64,000 nucleotides of DNA from positions 37,200,001 through 37,264,000 of the forward strand of contig OZ231126.1 of assembly GCA_965153355.1 (NCBI GenBank), in the 5' to 3' direction. Below the pieces are notes generated by a model, which was not told the origin of the DNA, searched no databases, and saw only the letters and a list, made by a program, of their open reading frames with translations. How positions within the stretch are numbered: the stretch's first letter is position 1; the number at the start of each line of letters is the position of its first letter. Shown here piece by piece: positions 12,647 through 25,465 of the stretch. This DNA comes from Flaccisagitta enflata. Taxonomy: Eukaryota. The position numbers were made by a program, and so were the translations under genes.

Positions 12647-15426
12647 ATACTTCATCTAACTGTTTGAGAATTGTCCATATAAATGTAAGAGGCATTCACG
12701 TGAATGGCCAATCATTAAACCATTATCTCAGCCGCCTTCAATTCCCAGAGATTATCACTATTAACGAAACAAAATTGAACCAATCAGTTGACTACTTTCC
12801 AGAAAATTACTACTGCGCCGCACGACGAGACTCTTCCCACGGTCATCATGGCTCAATGATACTGGTAAAAAATGGTCTTAATGATGTTAGTGAGCTTACG
12901 TCCTTTCAGAATGAGTTCAAGGAAGAAGTGATAGGAATTCGCATAAATGGTAAAGATAACCGACCGGCATTGAACATTTGCACATACTATAATCCACCTG
13001 GTAGTTATGTTAACCCAAATATCTTTGAGATGTGTAATAAGCTCAAAGGAGCTACGGTCATTTGTGGTGATCTAAACTGCAAAAATTCTATATGGGGTTC
13101 AACAGCAGATGATGCACAAGGCGACCATCTCCTCCATACCATAAATAACACAAACTTTGCCATACTAAATGATGGGAATATGACGCGATGTGATCCCTAC
13201 TATGGCACAGAGCAAGTTCTTGATATTGTTTGTTGCAACCAGAATGCATTGAAATATTTTAACTTCTTCTTTGTCGGCCCAGATATAGGATCGGACCACT
13301 ATCCTATCTCCATAGAATTTCAACATCTAGTCCCCTCAGTAGCAACAAAAACACGATATATCAAAAACACTGATTGGAACCGATTTAAAGAAATTCTTAA
13401 AGAGATTACTGTCCATGATCCATCAACGCCCGAGGAAGTTGACACAGTCGTTTCAAGCATAACTGATGCAATCATTAATGCATTTGATTCAGCTTGCCCA
13501 CTGACTAAAAAGTATGTAAGAAGATGTTCTTTCACACCCAAAATGATTACCATAGTAAAGGAAAAACGCCATTTACGAAGGCAAAGAAGAGCTGCAAACA
13601 AAGATGGTAATTCACTTCTAGCTTCATATTTACAAAAACAGATAAATTTGAAAAACAAGCACCTGAAACATCTTCAAAAGAAAAAAAATCGCGAAGATCT
13701 GAATCGAGACTGTAACACTCTCAACGTTGAGAAAGACAGTGCAAAGTTTTACAGGCTCTTTGACAGACTGACAAATCGGAAGAATAAAGTTCATCAACTT
13801 AGTCCTTGTATCAGTACAGATGATGGTGAAACTGCTGTAACTAATCGTGAAAAAGCTGACCTCTTCGCTAATCATCTTGGAAAGTGCCATAGATTGAATG
13901 ACTATCATGGATTTGATAAAAAATGGCGCAAAGAAGTGGAAGAATTTGTTAACAAAAACCATCGGATGTTTACGGCGCATAAAGATGAGTGTTATACAAC
14001 CACTGAGCCGGGTGACAATCACCAACTACTTGATTCCATAAGTGTAGAGGAAATCGCCGACAATCTAAGATTCTGTAAAAACAAATCTGCTGCAGGCAGA
14101 GACAGAATCAGCTATGCTATGCTGAAGAAAGTTCCAAGAAATGTGTACAACGCTTTAGCACAAGTTTTCAATTCTTGTTTGAAACTAGGCTATTTTCCCG
14201 ACTCATGGAAAAAAGCATCTGTCTCTATGATACCTAAGCCAGGTAAAGATTCTCGCCTTGCAAAAAACCATCGACCAATCTCCCTTCTACCATGTATTGG
14301 CAAAGTTTATGAAAGAATCATATCAAAACGACTTTCAGGTTTTATGGAACAAGAAAATCTGTTCAGTCCATATCAGAGCGGATTCCGTAGAGGACGTCAG
14401 ACTTCAGAACAATTACTCCGCCTCATAGAAGAGACCTCCAACGCCACTAAACAAAAGAAAATTTCTGCTGCTCTCTTCTTGGATGCAGAAGCTGCTTTTG
14501 ACAAGGCATGGCACGACGGAATCCGCTACAAACTCTTTCAACTTGGACTTCCTCAACGACTTATACGACTGATAAGTTCTTTTCTTACTAATCGCTCACT
14601 AACAGTCAAGGTTGGTGACGAATTATCAGCCCCTGTTCAAATGGAAGCAGGGACGCCCCAGGGCTCATCGCTGTCACCGCTTCTCTACATCATCCTGGTC
14701 AACGACATCCCAAAGGAAGTAACACAAACTACCTCTTTAAGTCAATTCGCAGATGACATAGCACTGTGGTCCCAAGCTTACACACATAGAGAAGCAGTAC
14801 GCAAACTGCAAAAAAGCATAGATATGTTAGGGGGCTGGTGCAGACGCTGGCGAATTAAACTTAATGCAAGTAAATCCAACTTGCTCATCATTAGCAGAAT
14901 TCCAAATAGTAAAACAGATGACTCCAGTGTAATGCTGTTTGATGACATTGTTTCTCCTTGCCAACATGCCAAGTTTCTTGGTATAGAAATTGATGATCGC
15001 CTGAACTTCAACAAGCACTATGACGAAAGAGTAAAGAAAGCAAAGTCACGCCTTAATCTTTTCACGCTGTTGTCACGTGGCGGAGTAAACAATGCAACGC
15101 TTGTCCGCCTTTACAAGACTTTTGTTCGACCGCTCTTTGAATACGGTTCAGTAGCAACAATTGCTGCAAATGAAAAGAGCGTTTACAAATATCAGAAAGT
15201 GCAGAATGACTATCTCCGGATCTGTCTCTCTTTACCAAAATATATTCGAACCTCTCTATTACATGAAGCAGCAGGACTTGAACTGATTGATAAACGGTTG
15301 AGTTCACTGAGTATAAAACAATTCAACACAATGAAAAGCCTCGACATAATCAAAGACATGTGTGATAAATCTCCAAATATTATCCCGCTGAACGAATTTA
15401 AAAGCCCATTGGATTTCTTGCTTTAG
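12643..15426 (+). CDS. LINE ORF2: APE-type endonuclease plus reverse transcriptase, 927 aa, intact
   Basis: APE motifs INVRG, INETKL, GDLN, GSDH. RT motifs RPISLL, QSGFR, LDAEAAFD, GTPQGSSLSPLLY, QFADD, KFLGI. No RNase H motif is visible in the C-terminus. Confidence 0.97.
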   Translation: MNTSSNCLRIVHINVRGIHVNGQSLNHYLSRLQFPEIITINETKLNQSVDYFPENYYCAARRDSSHGHHGSMILVKNGLNDVSELTSFQNEFKEEVIGIRINGKDNRPALNICTYYNPPGSYVNPNIFEMCNKLKGATVICGDLNCKNSIWGSTADDAQGDHLLHTINNTNFAILNDGNMTRCDPYYGTEQVLDIVCCNQNALKYFNFFFVGPDIGSDHYPISIEFQHLVPSVATKTRYIKNTDWNRFKEILKEITVHDPSTPEEVDTVVSSITDAIINAFDSACPLTKKYVRRCSFTPKMITIVKEKRHLRRQRRAANKDGNSLLASYLQKQINLKNKHLKHLQKKKNREDLNRDCNTLNVEKDSAKFYRLFDRLTNRKNKVHQLSPCISTDDGETAVTNREKADLFANHLGKCHRLNDYHGFDKKWRKEVEEFVNKNHRMFTAHKDECYTTTEPGDNHQLLDSISVEEIADNLRFCKNKSAAGRDRISYAMLKKVPRNVYNALAQVFNSCLKLGYFPDSWKKASVSMIPKPGKDSRLAKNHRPISLLPCIGKVYERIISKRLSGFMEQENLFSPYQSGFRRGRQTSEQLLRLIEETSNATKQKKISAALFLDAEAAFDKAWHDGIRYKLFQLGLPQRLIRLISSFLTNRSLTVKVGDELSAPVQMEAGTPQGSSLSPLLYIILVNDIPKEVTQTTSLSQFADDIALWSQAYTHREAVRKLQKSIDMLGGWCRRWRIKLNASKSNLLIISRIPNSKTDDSSVMLFDDIVSPCQHAKFLGIEIDDRLNFNKHYDERVKKAKSRLNLFTLLSRGGVNNATLVRLYKTFVRPLFEYGSVATIAANEKSVYKYQKVQNDYLRICLSLPKYIRTSLLHEAAGLELIDKRLSSLSIKQFNTMKSLDIIKDMCDKSPNIIPLNEFKSPLDFLL

Positions 15427-15565
15427 CAATTTACCGTCTTGAAATTATATCAGCCAATTGGTTGACTGAATTACTTGTTTTACACTAGAAAATACGTTTT
15501 ACAACCCTGTTTTTACATTTTCGAATGTATGATTTGTATTTATACTTTTAACCTTAAAGAATTGG

Positions 15566-15642
15566 GATGAAGGGACTCTTTTTGTTAGTCCGTAGCGTCC
15601 TTTAGACATTGTTGCAGTGTTTTGCTTGCTATATGTCTATTA
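15566..15642 (+). other. LINE 3'UTR stem-loops upstream of the (CATTT)n tail
   Basis: GGATG/CGTCC encloses GGACT/AGTCC. A second stem TAGACAT/ATGTCTA follows. A role in RT recognition is inferred from other LINEs. Confidence 0.45.
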
Positions 15643-16692
15643 AACATCATTTTCATTTCATTTCAAAAGAAAGCAAGAAAAAAACAAGTAATGCGGGGTC
15701 ATGATATCATTGCGGATGGTTGGGCAGGGGCAGGGACGTAGCAAAATCTTTCTTTTTATGCTCATTGCCCCAACCGATAGTTTGTTTGTGTCCATCGAAA
15801 CTTTAAGAAAAATGAAGCCAAGCATTGGAAGAGATGTACAGGACGGGCCCATGAAATGGACGGAGCAATGGACAAATGGACAGACAATCTTATAGAAACG
15901 TATGACCCAACAAATATTTTGTCTAAGACCAATAGTTGTTAAATTTGTTTAGCCACAGCACCTTTCCAACATCCAAAGTAACAATACTCGAAAAAGTGTT
16001 AGATGGTCAGATATGGTTGAGATCGAAGTTAAGAGAGGGAGCAGAGCATCGGTCCTAAATGGGCCGATGACTTATGCTTCCACTCATGGGGAAACTTCTC
16101 CTTCTTAAAGCGGTTGTAATTTTGGCCTTTGGGCTGAGATTTAGGCTTTCAGTCTAAGGTTTGGACCTTGAAGCTGGCATTTTGGCCTCAGGCCGGGATT
16201 TTGAGCTTGAGGCTTTGATTTAAGCTTCAAGGCTGGGATTTGGGTCTTGAGGCTTAGATTAGAGCCTTAAGGCTGGGATTTGGGCCTCGAGGCTAGGATT
16301 AGGGAGGACATACAAGAAGAAGAAAAAATAGGAGATATTTCTCCATGTGTGAAAGCTTAGTTCATCAGCTCTTTTTAGGCCGCTGCCCAAAAAGTGAATG
16401 AACAGCTTAAAAAATACCGTAAAACTGACCATACAACTTTCAATCTTGAAAAAGGTTCATCAATTGAATGCAGAATCTCTCTTTTAAGTCGCAGAAACGC
16501 CACTTGACACCTTGCTGTGTCTTTCTGTCAAACGGTCGGTTCATCCATCCGGGATATTTTCAAATTGCAAGTGGTTTTGCATTCTTGCCCCTGCCCAACC
16601 GTCCGCCACTGTCTTGCCGTGTATCCGGGCTTGTCCTTCTTCTCCAGATCCTCCACCCCCTTCTTCTTCTTCTTCTTTATCACTTTTTTATT

Positions 16693-16933
16693 CAAACAAG
16701 GCCGGATACACGGCTACCTTAGTCGCGTGCGGGTGGGCAGGGGCAGTATTTGAGTTACTAAAGCACTTGGGCAAGTGAGGCCAAAGACCGCAAAAACATA
16801 AAAAAAGTAAAATGGGGACTGACCGACCAACCGACCAACCGACCAACCGACCAACCAACCAACCGACACACCGACCGACCGACTGACCGACCGACGGACA
16901 AAGCGGGGTGTAGTGTCGCGTAGCACGCGACTA
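16693..16933 (-). mobile_element. HINE family 1 copy
   Basis: AAACAAGGCCGGATACACGGC...(ACCG)n...GTCGCGTAGCACGCGACTA. Absent from the paralog (TTCAAATTACTC at about 27489-27500). Confidence 0.8.
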
Positions 16934-16934
16934 C

Positions 16935-17028
16935 TTACTCTTCATCTTCTTCTTCTTCTTCCTCTTCATCTTCTTCTGCTTCTTCATCTGAATATTCATC
17001 TTTACCTTCTTCTTGTTCTTCTTCTTCG

Positions 17029-17070
<42 letters not shown>

Positions 17071-17207
17071 ATATCATCATCATCATCATCATCATCATCA
17101 TCGTCTTCGTCTTTGTCATCGTCATCGTCGTCGTCATCGTCATCGTCATCGTCATCGTCCTCCTCCTCCTCCTCCTCCTCCTCCTCCTCCTCCTTCTCCT
17201 CCTCCTC

Positions 17208-17241
<34 letters not shown>

Positions 17242-17402
17242 TTCTTCTCCTTCTTCTTCTTCTTCTTCTTCTTCTTCTTCTTCTCTTCTTTTTCTTCTTC
17301 TTCTTCTTCTTCTTCTTCTTCTTCTTCTTTTTCTTCTTTTTCTTCTTCTTCTTCTTCATCTTCTTCTTCATCTTCTTCATTTTCTTCTCCTTCTTCTTCT
17401 TC
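16935..17402. repeat. Compound trinucleotide microsatellite (CTT/CAT/CGT/CCT), representative of dozens of (AG)n, (AC)n, (AAC)n, (AAAG)n and (AGAC)n tracts
   Basis: Directly visible. Much shorter (about 45 bp) at the paralogous site 27497-27541. Confidence 0.97.
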
Positions 17403-17610
17403 TAGGTAGAGGAGAAATTAGAAGAAGAGGAGGAAAGTGAAGAAGAAGTGGAAACCGAAGACCATACACAGTGACTTTGATGGTGATTTTATTTCTTAAA
17501 ATTTTCGATGACGATGCCAATGCCGATGATAGGGATGCGGGGAAAAATCCTGATTCCCGACTAAAGCCACCAGACATTTGACACAATAGGTCGCTCAAGC
17601 TGCATACACT

Positions 17611-17808
17611 TTTTTAGTCGCGTGCTACGCGACTCTATAACCCGCTATTTGTTCGGTCGGTCGGTTCGTCCGTCATTTGCTGTTAGCTTTTTTTCGGCTT
17701 TTACGGACGATTTTTGCGTAACTGCCCAATCGCTTAAATAACTTTTTTTATCACTGCCCCTGCCCACCCACACGCGACTTCGGTAGCCGTGTATACAGCC
17801 TTGTTTTT
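17611..17808 (+). mobile_element. Non-autonomous Helentron/HINE (DINE-1-like), family 1
   Basis: 5' T-run plus hairpin AGTCGCGTGCTACGCGACT, (GGTC)n microsatellite, 3' subTIR CACGCGACT, terminal ...GCCTTGTTTTT. Empty T7 site in the paralog at 27812-27818. Related copies at about 1137-1300(-), 25799-25990, 34765-34919, 44880-45111(-), 45786-45980, 47976-48170, 55138-55295. Confidence 0.8.
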
Positions 17809-18469
17809 CTTGTGAGAACATCACTTTTTGGGCGAGCTTTCAATGTTCTAGAATTTTGGGTAGTATCAAGGCTTGAACGTTTTTAAATTGTTCTAAATTT
17901 AAACTCAGTTTTCGAGCTTTAGTCAAGAAAGTTTTTAATTGGTTTGAGTTTGTCTTCAAGGCGGAAATGAAGGAAAATGTCAATAAAACTACAAAGCAGT
18001 TCCAACGTTTTAAGTGAATGGTAAGAGCAATGAGAATGCTGTAAAAATCATACAATTCATATGATTTTATCCAGGTTTACTATTTCCATTGAACAAATGA
18101 AGCTTTCTAATATTTCTAGCATGTTCTTAAATTTCTGAAGATTTCGAGCTTATGTTCTTGAATGTTTGATGAAAGGAAGCCTTCCAATGTTCTTGCCACT
18201 TTTTTAACTAAATATGAAGTCATTAAACCACAATTTGGTTTCCTCCAAAAAATTGTACTCATTATGCAAATAAGTTATTCTTGTATATCCAGAACAAAAG
18301 ACAACCGTCTTTGCAGGTATTCTTTATACCGCCTTGTTTTACCGATTCTTCAGCTAATGAGGGTTCAAGTCTTACAGAGAATCAACCAATCACAGTATTC
18401 TCACCTTCCCAGTGGAAAAAATCGAAGCGGGACCTGCGTTTTAGCACTTTTGTGTTTGTCGGTAACATC

Positions 18470-18519
<50 letters not shown>

Positions 18520-18560
18520 CGACAACGACAACAACAACGACAACGACAACGACGACGACG

Positions 18561-18591
<31 letters not shown>

Positions 18592-19415
18592 AAACAACCG
18601 TCCGTTGGTCCGTTGGTCCGCCCGGCGGTCCATGGTGATCAAGTTGGGAACTGTAACACGCATTTACGCCCCTGCCCACCCGTCCGCAACTGGTATTGGC
18701 CGTTTATCTGGCCTTATTTTTTTACATATCCACTTAAACATCGCATGTGACTAGAAGAAGAAAAAGAAAAAGAAAAAGAAAAAGAAAATGAAAAAGAAAA
18801 AGAAAAAGAAAAAGAAAAAGAAAAAGAAATTTTTGAAATTTGAAATTTATGTGATTCTATTGACCCAGACCCAGACGCGTAACAAATAATCACGAGTGTC
18901 TAAAGTCTAAAAGGGTAACTTGATAAATGATAAATGCGCGAGGTGCGCTGAGATAAAAACATAAACGTCTTCTTTGTTCGCCACCTGTCGAAGTAATGAG
19001 AGATAAAAGACAAACGCAATCTCTTTGATCGTCCAGTTGGAAGGGGGGGGAGAAAGGGTGAAGTGATAAATGGACAAAATCTCAATTTTACTTTGTCTTT
19101 ACCGTCGCCATAGGTCGGATGTGAGCGCAGAAAAAAAGAAAGACTTGAAAAACATGGCTAAACTTCTCCCAAGAAGAAAATCCAAATCGCGTAGATAACC
19201 GGCCGCCGTCGTAAGAAAAAGAAAAAGAAAAAGAAAAAGAAAAAAAGGATACAAGAAGGAGAAGAATGAAAGAAAGAAATTTAGTGTACAGGCAAAAAAA
19301 GCGATGTACAACGGGACGATGCAGACAGCCATAAAAACAAGGCCAACACCTATAAGTCGCGTGCGAGACTTACAGATTGGCTTAGAATGACTAAAAATGA
19401 CTTAGAATGTCTCAG

Positions 19416-20025
19416 TACCACCTTGGAAATAAGTATATCGACACCTTCAACTTAAGATTTCTCCGCTTCTAGAATAGCTAGAAACTTTTTTAAAAAACAA
19501 TTAAACTTTGGCAAATTATCTTCAGAATGAATGCAATCTGGTTCTTGTAGCTTTAGCCGTTTAGAAATGGCAAACAAAAGAACGAAAACATTCATTTTAA
19601 AAATGCAGAAAAAATCAAGCATGAAAAAGTTAATTTTTTAATGAGAGTTTTAACTGAGGATATATTTGCTTCTAGAAAAGCTAGATACTTTTGTAAAAAA
19701 AGCAAATTAAACTCCATCAAAAAATCTTTAAGATGAGCGCAATCTGGTTTCTGTAGCTTTAGTCGTTTAGAAATTACAAATAAAACAATAAATCTATATC
19801 CACAATGATTGGTTCTGCAAAGTTAGTTTAAGATATGTTAAACCAAATCATCCTTTACAAAATAAAAAGCCATATAGAATGCTTGAAATATGGAAAACTC
19901 GAATCATCAGTAAGATAAAGACATCATATTACCCCCATGCACTTTCAGTATGAGGTTTTAGTTGATGCCTAGTAGATTAATCAATGAATTGCCTAGGTGT
20001 CGGTATACTTTTTACCAAGATTGTA
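19416..20025. mobile_element. MITE nested in a HINE, with an internal duplication of about 200-bp period
   Basis: CTTGGAAATAAGTATATCGACACC vs GGTGTCGGTATACTTTTTACCAAG. 19466-19580 resembles 19668-19786. It interrupts the AATGACTT array. Confidence 0.68.
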
Positions 20026-21041
20026 TACTCTTAAGTGACTTTAAATGACCTTAAGAAATAGAATTGATAAAAAAAAGAAAAAGTGTGATGGAACGAAGGA
20101 CCGACCGACCGACCGAACGACGGAAGTACGAAGCGGGGTGTAGAGTCGCGTGCACGCGACTAACAACTATCTCACCCCAAAAATCTATGTATACGTGTAC
20201 TTGTATTTGTATTTGTGTTTGGGTAAGGAGAAGAAGAAGAAGAGGGAGAAGAAGACCGAGCAGAAGAAGCATTAGAAGAAGAGGGAAGGATAGAGAGAAG
20301 GGAAGAGGAAACCGAGGACTTTTTCCCGAAATTGACGCAATTGGAATTTTCGATGATGATTCCGATGACGATGCCAATGCCGATGATAAGCAGATGGGGG
20401 AAAACAGATGGCAGAAAAAACATGCCATCCAAGGATCGTACATGGTCAGCGGTACCCAATGCCTGCTTGGAGTGATTAGCTGAAGAAGTGGAGTGAGAGC
20501 AGGGCAGTGACTACACAAGGGCAATGTCCTGTAGGACACAAGGGTTGAATTTCTGTATGTCCTGGGAGGGCATGTTTGAGGCCTTAGGAGCAATTTTCCA
20601 TGATATTCATTGCATTCTTTCATTATCTCATCAATTTGCCATTTCCATGTTATTTTAGTAGGACATAAGCATTTTTTTACTTTTTGGGCAGCATCCGTCC
20701 GTCCATCTGTCTTCCCCCCTCGAATTTGCCCTCCCAGCCCTCAATTTAGCCTTCGAGGCTCCAAATCAGCCCCCCCCCTCAAATCTAACCTCCAGACTTC
20801 AAATCTGCCCTCCAGACCTTCAATTAGCCCTCCAAGCTGCTTGTAGCGATTAACTGAAGAAGTAGAGTGAGAGCAGGGCAGCGGCCCCAAAGGGCCGATG
20901 TCCAGTAGCACACAGAACGTAAACGCCAAAACTGCAAAGTGTTTCCGACCGACCAATATGCAACAGACTGACCGACCCACAAAACAACATTGTGCGACAC
21001 AAAATCCACCAAAGAATTAAAAAAACGATCTGTCATCGACT

Positions 21042-21208
21042 TTATGAAAGTTGAAACAACATTGCCCTTAAAAAAGGAGGCCAGAATTCTCCAATTTACA
21101 AAGGATGAAAGCCTTGCAAGCTTTCAATGGTGTTTACTCCGGATTGCTCACAACTATCCTTTACTACTGACAAACAAAATGCTTACCCGACAAAATGTAA
21201 TTAGTTGA
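21042..21208 (-). repeat. Truncated copy of subfamily B repeat
   Basis: Reverse complement of about 31490-31648, ending at the same CAACTTTCATA boundary. Confidence 0.85.
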
Positions 21209-21257
21209 TCTCGGTTTTAGATGTGAAAATTACAGTTACTCAACAATGAAAACTAAG

Positions 21258-21351
<94 letters not shown>

Positions 21352-21424
21352 CTAGTTGGATTGGATTGATTCAGAATCTGCCAAAACGAATTTTTGTGCT
21401 GTACTCATCATCATCATCATCATT

Positions 21425-21460
<36 letters not shown>

Positions 21461-21634
21461 GTCGTCATCATCATCGTCATTGTCGTCATCATCATCATTG
21501 TCGTCAACTGTTTGAATATATCAGTATATCATATATCATTAGTTCCGCTCCGCCTTCTGTTCAAATTTGCATTTAAATAGTTTTTGATAAAAAATCTGAA
21601 TCAAATAATCATCTCTATCGTCATCACCATCATT

Positions 21635-21736
<102 letters not shown>

Positions 21737-22098
21737 TTCATCACCCCAAAACAGACACCGCATTGCATAAAGATAAAACGACCTTAGGCTTAGATTGGCT
21801 GAAAAAACTGTTTAAACAACTTGTGATGGACCGACCAACTGACAAACCAAAAAGTAATATAGAGCCACGTAGCACGTGACTCAATTTTTTCATTGAACCC
21901 CTCCTCGGTCTCTTCCAAAGAAATTGTTATTACTATGCAAATTAGCTATACTTGTACTAATCCTGAACAAAAGACACACGTCGTTGCAGGTCTTTAGTAT
22001 AACGCTTTGTTCTCCCAACTCTCCAGCCAATGAGGGCTCGAGCTTGATATAAAACAAACCAATAGCAGCGTTCTCTCCTTTTGGTGGAAAAAATACTG

Positions 22099-22189
<91 letters not shown>

Positions 22190-22523
22190 ATTTGCCCTTC
22201 ATCCACGCCAATCAACCTTACTTGAAGTTGAATGCTGATTTTTTTTTTCATTTCCGGAAGTATCACTTCATTTTCTCAATATATTTTCGTAACCTTACGC
22301 GCATTTGCCATTTGTCCACCAAATCATGTCTCAATCTTTTTAAGTCGCGTTCTACGCGACTCTACACCCTGCTTTTTGCAGTCTTTTGGTTAATTGGTTA
22401 GTTGGTCAGTCATGCTTCATTCTTTAAACTGTTTTGAGTGTGCTCTACTTGATGTTGTTGTTGTTGTTGTTGTGGTTGTGGTTGTGGTTGTGGTTGTGGT
22501 TGTGGTTGTGGTTGTGGTGGTGG

Positions 22524-22586
<63 letters not shown>

Positions 22587-22589
22587 TTT

Positions 22590-22665
<76 letters not shown>

Positions 22666-23380
22666 CGTTGTTGTTGTTATATCATTTTCAATGTCTTAAG
22701 TCATGTGCTAGGCGACTCTACAGCCTGCTTTGTACGTCCATCCCTTGGTTGGTTGGTTGGTTGGTTGGTTGGTTGGTCAGTCAGTCACATATTTTCTTGT
22801 GCGTCTATGGCCTAACCACTCCGGCCCAGACGTGCTCAGCCACTCACTTCGCTCACTCCCTCGTTGGGCAAGTGAAATTCTTGAAAATCTGTTCACGCTG
22901 AAAACGCGTTTCACAGGAACAAACGCGTATTTGGTCATCGCTAGAAACACGCCTTAAGTTGAGACTCGATCACGCTTTTTAATCGTCTTTAGTTGCCTAC
23001 TGAAGTTTGCAATGCGAAATCTGGGATTGGCTTTAATAGCGGTTTTTGGGCAGCGGCCCCATAGGGGTCAATGACCTTTGCTTTCACACATCTGGTGAAA
23101 TTTCTCTTTCTCTTTCTTCTTCTCCGCCCCCTCTCAAACTTCAGCCTTAAGGCCCAAATCCCAGCCTTGAGGCCCAAATCTCTGTCTTGAGGCCCTAATC
23201 CTAGCACTAATGCCTAAATCTTAATCGCCAGAAGGAGAAAACTCCTTTGGGCCGCTGCCCTGCTCCCTCCTTTCTTTTTGGCCAAATGTCCGTCCCCCAA
23301 GTTTCTCATGGCTTAAATTCCCATTGAATAACATGAAAAATTGACAAAAAATGCAAAATTCCCATTGAATTTCATGGAGA

Positions 23381-23472
<92 letters not shown>

Positions 23473-23560
23473 CCTGCGTGCGCGTGTGTGCGTGTGCGTG
23501 TGCGTGTGCGTGCGCGTGCGCGTGCGCGTGCGCGTGCGTGTGTGCGTGTGTGCGTTTGTG

Positions 23561-23619
<59 letters not shown>

Positions 23620-23909
23620 ATAAATGCATGCATGTGTGTGTGTGTGTTTTTGAAACTTAGTCTAATATTGCTGAGCTTGATTACGTATGTCTGAGGTCTT
23701 TGGAGTGACGATCTTTTGATTTGTCTTTCCAAACTTTTGCAGACAGCAGCGCGCATCACAAAGAAACGGGGGAAAAGGAGGACGGGAAAGTGGAGAGGAG
23801 AAGAAAAGAAATGAACACTTGACAAAGCAGAAAAATCCCAAGTTTACAACTTTTTTTCCAGGTGGCGATAGCCGCCTTTCGTGGTTATATATCTGACAGT
23901 CTGTCTAGC

Positions 23910-23980
<71 letters not shown>

Positions 23981-24700
23981 GGCTTATTGTGTTTGTCTGT
24001 CTTTCCCTCTCGTGGATTGTTTATCCCTCAGTTATTCATCTACTCATTGCTCCTCCCCTTTTTAATAACGATGAAATCCTACCGATTATCGATGATTAAT
24101 GATGATCGCAAAATCAGCTGAGATATTGGCTCAATTCCAAGTCAGATTGACCATGAGCCACCTTAGTTCATGCCAGGGATTCTCTGTTATCGATCGATCG
24201 CTCAGGGTAGTAATAACTAGAGATATGAAAGAATCCTCAATTTCAAACTAATTTCTTCCTATCTTTCTTTCTTCCCATCTTTCTTTCTTTCTTTCTCTTT
24301 TCTTCGTTTCTTCGTTTCTTCGTTTCTTCGTTTCTTCGTTTCTTCGTTTCTTCGTTTCTTCGTTTCTTCGTTTCTTTGTTTCTTTGTTTCTTTGTTTCTT
24401 CCTTTCTTCGTTCCTTCCTTTATTCTTTTCTTCCTCTCTTCCTCTCTTTCTTTCTTTCTTTCTTCTTCCCTACCTCCTTTCCTTTTTTGAGGGGGAGCAG
24501 GGCAGCAGCCCCAAAGGGTACGAAGCCCTGTAGAACACAGGGGGAATCTGACTGATGGATGGAAGGACAGACAGACAGACAGATAGACAGACATACAGAC
24601 AGACAGACAGACAGATAGACAGATAGACAGATAGACAGATAGACAGACAGACAGATAGATAGACAGACAGATAGACAGACAGACAGACAGATGGAAAGAC

Positions 24701-24767
<67 letters not shown>

Positions 24768-24784
24768 TCCCCCCTGTGTTCTAC

Positions 24785-25063
24785 AGGACTTCATCCCCCT
24801 TCGGGGCCGCTGCCCAAAAGACAATGTCAATCGGAGTAGGTTTTTAACAGTTCATGGATATGGTGGTTGTTTCGTCACATCTTGCGTAACATTGAAGTGT
24901 TAGTTAGACTTATTATTCGAACCAAGATTGACTCAAGAGAAGCACACTCGTGTAAAAAGACTTGTCCGTATGTATACATTTTGGAAGTCTCAAGCAAACG
25001 CTTATGGCGAAGAAGAAGAAGAAGAAGAAGGAGAAGGAGAAGAAGAAGAAGAAGAAGAAGAAG

Positions 25064-25155
<92 letters not shown>

Positions 25156-25465
25156 CGACGACGACGACGACGACGACAACGACGGAAGACTTCGTCCCCT
25201 TCGGGACCGCTGCCCAGAAGACAATGTCCAACGGAGAAGTGTGGCAGTTTACATCATCTACTGAGTAGGTTTTTAACAGTTCATAGATATATGGGTTGTC
25301 TTGTCTCATCGTGCGTAACATCGAAGTGTTAGTTGGACTTTAGATTAGACTTTAGATTCGAATCATTCGAACTGAGATTGACTCAAGAGAAGCATACTCG
25401 TGTAAATAACTTGTCCGTATATGGCCGTATACATTTGGTAAGTCTCAAGCAAACTCTTATTGTAA
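24785..25465. repeat. Tandem duplication of about 230 bp separated by (GAA)n(CAA)n
   Basis: GAGTAGGTTTTTAACAGTTCAT and AGATTGACTCAAGAGAAGCA each occur twice. Confidence 0.85.

Larger units (their letters stand above)
10794..15662 (+). mobile_element. Full-length non-LTR retrotransposon (LINE; Jockey/I-group-like, no RNase H), about 4.87 kb
   Basis: TCAAAAGAAAG is directly repeated at 10783-10793 and 15663-15673 (TSD). About 440-bp 5' region, ORF1, ORF2, about 235-bp 3'UTR ending CATCATTTTCATTTCATTTCA. The paralogous segment has a single TCAAAAGAAAG at 26709-26719 with no insertion. Confidence 0.95.

Noticed and set aside
15566-15600. Hammerhead ribozyme or SECIS in the LINE 3'UTR
   Set aside because: GGATGAAG...GTAG lacks the CTGANGA/GAAA core, and SECIS stem length and apical AA are absent.
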